Part shown: in pieces, positions 56,001 through 64,000 of the stretch
Layout: every line of letters begins with the position of its first letter
How positions within the stretch are numbered: position 1 is the first letter of the stretch
Source: Rhizophagus irregularis
Taxonomy: Eukaryota
Length of the DNA stretch: 64,000 nt
Assembly (NCBI RefSeq): GCF_026210795.1
Contig: NC_089430.1
Location: forward strand, 2,108,001-2,172,000
Reading direction: 5' to 3'
Made by a program: the position numbers and the translations under genes
Notes under the pieces: model-generated
What the model saw: only the letters and a program-made list of their open reading frames with translations
Told to the model about the DNA's origin: nothing
Database searches by the model: none

Positions 56001-56175
56001 CAATCTTACTACTGAATCTCATCCACAGGCTTGTTATACAGGTCGCTTACTTGATTTTACTAGTAAAAAATTGAATGAAATTCTTGAAAGTAAAAACTCA
56101 CAAGCTAGTATAAAATTGAATGAAATGTCATTAAGTGAAGATTTGAATGAGTATAAAATTGAAGATTTGAAGTAA
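50090..56175 (+). CDS. Predicted N-myristoylated TKL kinase with a microexon-encoded N-terminal segment (50 coding exons, 450 aa)
   Basis: Exon 1 50090-50111 (MGQCISK), exon 2 50183-50266, 45 x 3-nt exons 50393-54830, 1-nt exon 54920, then exons 54989-55205 and 55282-56175. Total 1353 nt with no internal stop. Kinase motifs KWIPY, GGFSTIY, IILK, HCDLHDGN, DLG, APE. Confidence 0.85.
50393..54920 (+). repeat. Tandem array of about 100-bp intron+microexon units
   Basis: 46 occurrences of YAG-(NNN or N)-G(T/C)RRRY about every 70-130 nt. Shared intron body gtaagttat...ctaa(c/a)taaattctttatttaaaaaatta. Confidence 0.95.
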
Positions 56176-57988
56176 TTAGGTATGCAATATAGTATATACA
56201 AAAATTAATTTTGAAAATTGTTTATATGAAATTAATTTCACTTATTTAATTATTTAGATATTAAAACAGATGAAAATTTACTTGTGTTTTAAAAAAGTTT
56301 TATAGTTTTTTATAAGTGATATTTGATATTATGCATTTAACAAAAATTGTTCTTTATTTTATTCCTTTAGATTTATTATTTATTCATTAAAGGCTAGAGT
56401 AGTAAAATTCTTAGTTTGTAATTTAAATAATTCCTTTTTTTTATATTTTATCAAAATATTAAATATATGTATTCTCTTAGAATTATTTAAACACTAAGGC
56501 TATCATAGTAGTAAATATTTTACAAATTAATTAGTTTGTAATTTAAATAAATCTTTTTTTAATTATTTTAAAAATATAAATTATCATTTATCAGAATGAT
56601 TAAACATACAAACAATTTTCAATATATAAAATTAAAATAGATAATTTGTAAATTTCTTATGTTTATTTTCAAGACTGATGATAATATTAATTAAAATTTC
56701 AGTTAGTACCAAAATTTCTAAATCAGGTAAAAAATTTTACAGATCGTTAACATAAAAATCAGACGTTTAGCTCATGGGTTGAACCGGTTGATTTCAATCA
56801 CTGACTAAAATAAAATTTAAATATAAAAAAAATTCTAAAACGACAAAAAATTGGCTAAAATAGTAAAATGTATTTTCTAAATAAAATCTTTTAACTTTAG
56901 TTCTTTACATATAGAAATTAATAACTTATAAAATTTTCTTTAAAGTTCCAGATACAAACTATGTTATATAATTTTTATGCTCCAATTCTACATAATCTAA
57001 TTCCTTTAAATACAACTTATGATGAAAACTACTGTAAATCCAGTGCGAAAAAAGATAAAATAAAATGTGCATTTTTATTGGCTGGAGATCATGTGGCGGA
57101 CAGAGTCAGGTGATCATTTTTTTTTTGTAACAGACAAACTTACATTATGGTCAAAATCTGACATAAAACAAATAAATAAATTAAGGTCAAAATCGGTTCT
57201 ATACTTGTTTTATTATATCCTTTAAATATGATGAGAATAAATATTATATTGCAGAAATGAATAATTACGTATACAAAAAATGTTTCAGGAGTTTTTTTTT
57301 TGGCAAATAGGGTTAGAAAATTTCACAAAATACAGAATAATTTTCATTGTAAATTATTCCCTATATTGATGTTATCAAAGTTTAAATAAAATTACTAAAG
57401 TATACGTTCATATTTTATAATCAATGACCGTATCTTATTTTAATTCAAAGGTCCTATTTTAACTTTAAATAAATAATCCTTTACAATACATATTTGAATC
57501 ATGATATAAAATTTTCGGGTTTATGAACTCGAGGAATACTATTTAATTTTTTGTTTTTCGTCATAAAGGTTATATCTATCTAAATTGCACGTGTTGTGCG
57601 ATCTGTGGACGTGAACTTTATTGTTGTATATCTTTGGTATTTGGTATGTGCACTTTATAAATATCTGTACCACTGTGCAGAAAATACTCATTAAAGAGAG
57701 TTTAAAAAACAAATTATATATCATGCTAAGAATACACACGCTTTACAATAGTATACTGCTAATTGCTACATAATTAACGAATAGTAATAATTTATTAAAC
57801 AAACATTAGTATTTACGATTGCAAATTTATGTATTCAACAAATATAATATTTCACCCAGTATATATTGAATGAGATTTTTGTCCTCGATATTTAAATTAA
57901 ATTAAACTAAATTTAAACAAAATCCGTATAAATATACAGGATATTTTATATTTTTCCAAATCACTAAATATAACTGAAAATAATATTA

Positions 57989-58993
57989 CTAGGTGTAACC
58001 TGTCGCGTTGCGCCGGGATAATACTTGCCCATCAAGTAAGAGAGTAATAATAACACACTTATCAGTTATATTTTATTTACCATGCAGTGTGAATAGGTCT
58101 AGTTTTTACTATTAGTCGGAAATAATTTTAATAAATTACAAGTTTTATACAGTATATGAAATATTATTTATTATTAAATGCAAATTTTATTTCACGAAAC
58201 AAATGTTGCAGTATTGCGAAATTTACAAATTCATTACAAAAACAATTTTTGTATAAGTAGTTTATTGTTACATTGTTACAAAAAAAACTTTTTTTTTTAT
58301 CTTAAAAAATTCCATTGTAGCATTAAAAAAATTACATCCTCTGTTGAAATTTGAAAAAAAATACATATATATTGTTAGTTATCATATCTCAAAGAAATTC
58401 ATTATAGCAATCTATTGTTATAGAAAAAAAAATCTAACTAATTAAAATGAAAAAAAAAATTCCCAGGAAAATTAATTATAACGATCTATTACAAAAATAA
58501 ATAAATAAGTAATTATGTTTGAGCTTGATACAACCTAAAAAATGATATTATTAATAATAAGAATCGGAAAAAAACCATGGCGCCACAACATCGATCTGAT
58601 CACTGATCCAAACCTAAATGGTGAAAGAATGTATTCGGAAAAAAAATAAAGCCAAACCGAAAAAAGAGAAGGGGAAAAAAATTTTCGGATTTGAAAAAAG
58701 CCAACCGGGAAAAAAAAAAGGTGTTTCGAAAGAGAAAAGACGAAATTTGAAAAAAAAGAAAGAACCAAAAGTAAAAGATTGGTTCAAGAAAAAAAAATGA
58801 AAATTAAGAAATAATAAATATTTGGAAAAAAAAAATTCTGATTAAAAATTTCATTAACCGGAATTGGATTAGATGTACAACATGACTTTGCCGATCAAGC
58901 GGGTCTTAACTATAAAGAATACGGATCAGCAATTCAAAATTAATTTATAAAGGCTAATCAATTACAGTATATAGATTTTTTTGATTATATAGA
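57989..58993 (-). mobile_element. Complete non-autonomous Helitron (about 1.0 kb)
   Basis: Minus strand starts A|TCTATATAAT and ends cccggcgcaacgcgacagg (hairpin) ttacacCTAG|T, so it is inserted in an A|T site with canonical termini. Confidence 0.85.
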
Positions 58994-60486
58994 TTAATAA
59001 TATTCGTAATTGACCGATCGACTGCGAATTTTTTTTAAAAAAGATTTTTACTGTAATAAAATTATTTCTGATTAATAGTTCAACGCCCGTTTGATTATCA
59101 AGCTGAAATGGTTATCTGTTAAAAAAGAAAAATTAATTTCGTAAAAAATCACTTTGACCGGATCCTTAAATTGTTTAGCTGAAAAGAATTTTTAATAAAT
59201 ATACACGTACAGTATTTTCATAGAAACAACTTTTTAAAAAATAATGTATTTTAATTAACAGCAGGTTCATACATAGAAAATAGCTAAGATAAGAGTAGCA
59301 GGTCAAAAGAAATAATTTATAGTTCAAGTTTTATGATAAAATTGGATAAAAAAAATTTGTAAATTTTTTACGCATTTTTTAAGTAATTATATTTTGATTT
59401 TAATGACCGTAACCGTAATTGTCAGATTTTTTTTAAAAAAAATGAATTGAAAGAATTAAAATTTCTATTCTTAATTTTTTTTTTTTTACTAAACAATTTT
59501 TGGTTATACGCTATTATTTCTTTACAATTATGATTCACCTATTTTAATTTCTTATGCGAAACTGCGAATATTTTATATTTTGAAACATTTTTTTTTGTCC
59601 TATAAGTCACGTTTTATTTAATAAACGACGATGAGATTTTATATAATAAAAAAAATTCAAACTTAAAAGGTTAATAAAAAGAATAAACAAAAAAATAAAA
59701 AAAAGTGATTATTGTGAAAAGTAACTTAAACATAAATGGAAATCATAAACACGATCCATACGAACCAAGTTTTTTCTTCGACTTTTCATTAAGAAAATGA
59801 AAGAAATTTTTTCAAATAAAAAATGAAAATTAAAAACGTGCAAATGAATAATAATAACATGGCTATATCGTTTAATAAATTTTACCAAGAATTAAAAAGG
59901 ATTGAATATATTATTTATTCATATATCCTGAAACAAATAATGAAAGAGATCATAGGTATTAAAATATTTACAACATGTATCATTTAAAAAGTGTTCATAA
60001 CCTACTCATATTTTTCAGAATTTCTTTTAGTTAGTGTAAATTGGTGACACGTAGTTTATTTTTAAATGTAAAGTATGACAGTGTCAATGACTTACTAAAA
60101 TGGTAATCATTTATACATTGAAGTAACAAATCACCGTTTGCCAAGAATTTTGTGTAATACAACTTACCGTTACTGCGCTCAGTGCGCTGAAATGCTAAAT
60201 TAAAAATTTTCTTTCTTTTTTTTTTTTGTTATGGGAAGAGCTCGAAATTTGTGGAGGACCAGGTTCTATACCTTATTTCAACGCCGAATGCATAATTCAA
60301 TCGTATTACGCAAATCCAACAATGTAAGTCACATGACATGCATATCACGTGATAATTTACATTTTCTATTTATATAACCTCGGTCCGAAACAATATCTTT
60401 TCCACTTTTTAACCCGCACAACTTGTTTTAGCTTTTTTTATATCCCCTCAATTTGAATTTGTTTATAAATTACAAAAGTTCTGCTC

Positions 60487-63400
60487 ATGGATTCTTTTGG
60501 GCTAATTAAGCCATCAGATGCTAGCGAGATATGTGAAAAATGTTATTACATATGTTATGCAATGCGATTTCAACAAAATTTCAAAAATTGGACTAGTGGT
60601 AATGATAATATTGATAAATTTATTCAAGATACTCAGTTATCAGCTCATGAAGATGTAAGGGAAGTATTGGAATGGATACCTTATGATAGGTTGTATAATA
60701 TTAAATATATTGCAAAAGATGAGTTTGGTAAAGGTAAAGTATATAGAGCAAATTGGATTGATGGATATATAAGTGATTATGAAGACGATGAAAGTTTGGA
60801 TAGTGAAAGCAAAAATTGGATAAGAGAAGGATGCAATATGTTTGTGAATTTGAAGAGTTTAAATACTCCAAATATTCTTACATTGGAATTTATAAATAAG
60901 GTATATATAAGTTTATGTTAATTACATAACAAAATTATGAATATTTTATTTTTCTAAATATTATTACATTTGTAGATTAAAATTGAACATGAATTTTATG
61001 GAATAACTTTGGATTCAGAAACAAGAAATTATATGGTGGTTTTGAATAATAAATGTAAAGAGTGTAATGAAATGTGTAATTCAATATACTTTCAACAAAA
61101 TTTTGAAAATTGGACTAGTGGTAATGATAATATTGATAAATTTATTCAAAATACACAGTTATTAGCTCATAAAGATGTAAGAGTAGCATTAGAATGGATA
61201 CCTTATGATAGATTTCATGATATTAAATATATTGCAAAAGATGAAGTATATAGGGCAAATTGGATTGATGGAAATATATATTATTATTACTATGGTACTA
61301 GTAAAAGTTGGGATAATAAAAATCAAAATTGGATAAGAAAAGGATGCAATATGTTTGTGAATTTGAAGAGTTTAAACACTCCAAATATTCTTACGTTAGA
61401 ATTTATAAATAAGGTATAAGTTTAAGTTAATTACATAACAAAATTATAAATATTTTATTTTTCTAATATATTATTACATTTGTAGATTAAAATTGAACAT
61501 GAATTTTATGGAATAACTTGGGATTCAAAAACAAAAAATTATATAATGGTTTTGAATAATAAATGTAACAAGTGTAATAAAATGTGTAATTCAATATACT
61601 TTCAACAAAATTTTGAAAATTGGACTAGTGGTAATGATAATATCGATAAATCTATTCAAAATACACAGTTATTAGCTCATATAGATGTAAGAGTAGCATT
61701 AGAATGGATACCTTATGAAAGATTGTATAATATTAAATATATTTCAAAAGATGAGTTTGGTAAAATATATAGAGCAAATTGGACTGATGGATATATTTGG
61801 TATTGGGTTAATAAAAATCAAAATTGGATAAGAGAAGGATGCAATATGTTTGTGAATTTGAAGAGTTTAAATACTCCAAATATTCTTACATTAGAATTTA
61901 TAAATAAGGTATAAGTTTCAGTTAATTAGTACATAACAAACTTATAAATATTTTATTTTTCTAATATATTATTACATTTGTAGATTAAAATTGAACATGA
62001 ATTTTATGGAATAACTTGGGATTCAGAAATAAAAAATTATATGATGGTTTTGAATAATAAATGTAAAGAGTGTAATAAAATGTGTAATTCAATATACTTT
62101 CGACAAAATTTTGAAAATTGGACTAGTAGTAATGATAATATCGATAAATCTATTCAAAATACACAGTTATTAGCTCATAAAGATGTAAGAATAGCATTAG
62201 AATGGATACCTTATGATAGATTGTATAATATTAAATATATTTCAAAAGATGAGTTTGGTAAAATATATAGAGCAAATTGGACTGATGGATATATAAGATA
62301 TGATAAAAGTTATGAAAGTTGGAATAATAATAATCAAAATTGGATAAGAGAAGGATGCAATATGTTTGTGAATTTGAAGAGTTTAAATACTCCAAATATT
62401 CTTACATTAGAATTTATAAATAAGGTATAAGTTAATTACATAACAAAATTATAAATATTTTATTTTCTAATATATTATTACATTTGTAGATTAAAATTGA
62501 ACATGAATTTTATGGTATAACTTGGGATTCAGAAATAAAAAATTATATGATGGTTTTGAATAATAAATGTAAAGAGTGTAATAAAATATGTAATTCAATG
62601 TACTTTCAACAAAATTTTGAAAATTGGACTAGTGGTAATGATAATATCGATAAATCTATTCAAAATACACAGTTATTAGCTCATAAGGATGTAAGATTAG
62701 CATTAGAATGGATACCTTATAATAAATTGTATAATATAAAATATATTTCAAAAGATGAGTTTGGTAAAATATATAGAGCAAATTGGACTGATGGATATAT
62801 TTGGTATTGGGTTAATAAAAATCCAAATTGGATAAGAGAAGGATGCAATATGTTTGTGAATTTGAAGAGTCTAAATACTCAAAATATTCTTACATTGGAA
62901 TTTATAAATAAGGTATAAGTTTAAGTTAATTTGTACATAACAAAATTATAAATATTTTATTTTTTTAATATATTATTACATTTGTAGATTAAAATTGAAC
63001 ATGAATTTTATGGAATAACTTGGGATTCAGAAATAAAAAATTATATGATGGTTTTGAATAATAAATGTAAAGAGTGTAATAAAATGTGTAATTCAATATA
63101 CTTTCAACAAAATTTTGAAAATTGGACTAGTGGTAATGATAATATCGATAAATCTATTCAAAATACACAGCTATTAGCTCATAAAGATGTAAGAGTAACA
63201 TTAGAATGGATACCTTATGATAGATTGTATAATATTAAATATATTTCAAAAGATGAGTTTGGTAAAATATATAGAGCAAATTGGACTGATGGATATATAA
63301 GATATTATGAAAGTTATGGAAGTTATCAAAGTTGGAATAATAAAAATCAAAATTGGATAAGAGAAGGATGCAATATGTTTGTGAATTTGAAGAGTTTAAA

Positions 63401-64000
63401 TACTCCAAATATTCTTACATTGGAATTTATAAATAAGGTATAAGTTAATTACATAACAAAATTATAAATATTTTATTTTCTAATATATTATTACATTTGT
63501 AGATTAAAATTGAACATGAATTTTATGGAATAACTTGGGATTCAGAAATAAAAAATTATATGATGGTTTTGAATAATAAATGTAAAGAGTGTAATAAAAT
63601 GTGTAATTCAATGTACTTTCAACAAAATTTTGAAAATTGGACTAGTGGTAATGATAATATCGATAAATCTATTCAAAATACACAGTTATTAGCTCATGAA
63701 GAGGTAAGTGTAGCATTAGAATGGATACCTTATAATAGATTGTATAATATTAAATATATTTCAAAAGATGAGTTTGGTAAAATATATAGAGCAAATTGGA
63801 CTGATGGATATATAATATATGATAAAAGTTATGAAAGTTGGAATAATAAAAATCAAAATTGGATAAGAGAAGGATGCAATATGTTTGTGAAATTGAAGAG
63901 TTTAAATACTCCAAATATTCTTACATTGGAATTTATAAATAAGGTATGAGTTTAAGTTAATTACATAACAAAATTATAAATATTTTATTTTTCTAATATA
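60487..64000 (+). CDS. Kinase-associated protein built from tandem symmetric exons, each a CxxC...WTSGN...EWIPY kinase N-lobe-like module (continues past window)
   Basis: Exons 60487-60900, 60976-61413, 61486-61908, 61984-62424, 62490-62912, 62988-63437, 63503-63943. All lengths are multiples of 3, introns are phase 0 and nearly identical, and there are no stops. Confidence 0.85.

Noticed and set aside
58535..58800. Lys-rich and Phe-rich ORFs
   Set aside because: Low-complexity A-runs inside the Helitron.

Overview
Very AT-rich eukaryotic DNA with short GT-AG introns, tyrosine-kinase-like (TKL) kinases, a BTB-TLDc gene and many non-autonomous DNA transposons and Helitrons. This pattern fits an arbuscular mycorrhizal fungus (Glomeromycotina, Rhizophagus-like); the organism is inferred, not established. 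The main finding is at 50090-56175, largely invisible in the ORF track. It is a predicted N-myristoylated TKL kinase whose N-terminal region appears to be encoded by 45 consecutive 3-nt exons plus one 1-nt exon, each between canonical splice sites and separated by 68-128 nt introns. Joined in order they read without a stop (FSDWYRYFHRYYRIDYDGNRWRDRYHRFDGNYGFDYRKNHQYDPF-E) and enter the kinase exons in frame, giving 50 coding exons and 450 aa. Every codon is split across two microexons, so exon skipping could create new residues in frame. Other content: a tandem exon-array gene with hypervariable Tyr/Trp-rich loops (60487 to window end); two paralogous genes with a Pol-beta-like nucleotidyltransferase motif, one with its tail displaced by an insertion; a small secreted Cys-rich protein; an alpha/beta hydrolase; two pseudogenes; a 175-bp tandem array. 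All gene models were read by eye and need transcript confirmation.
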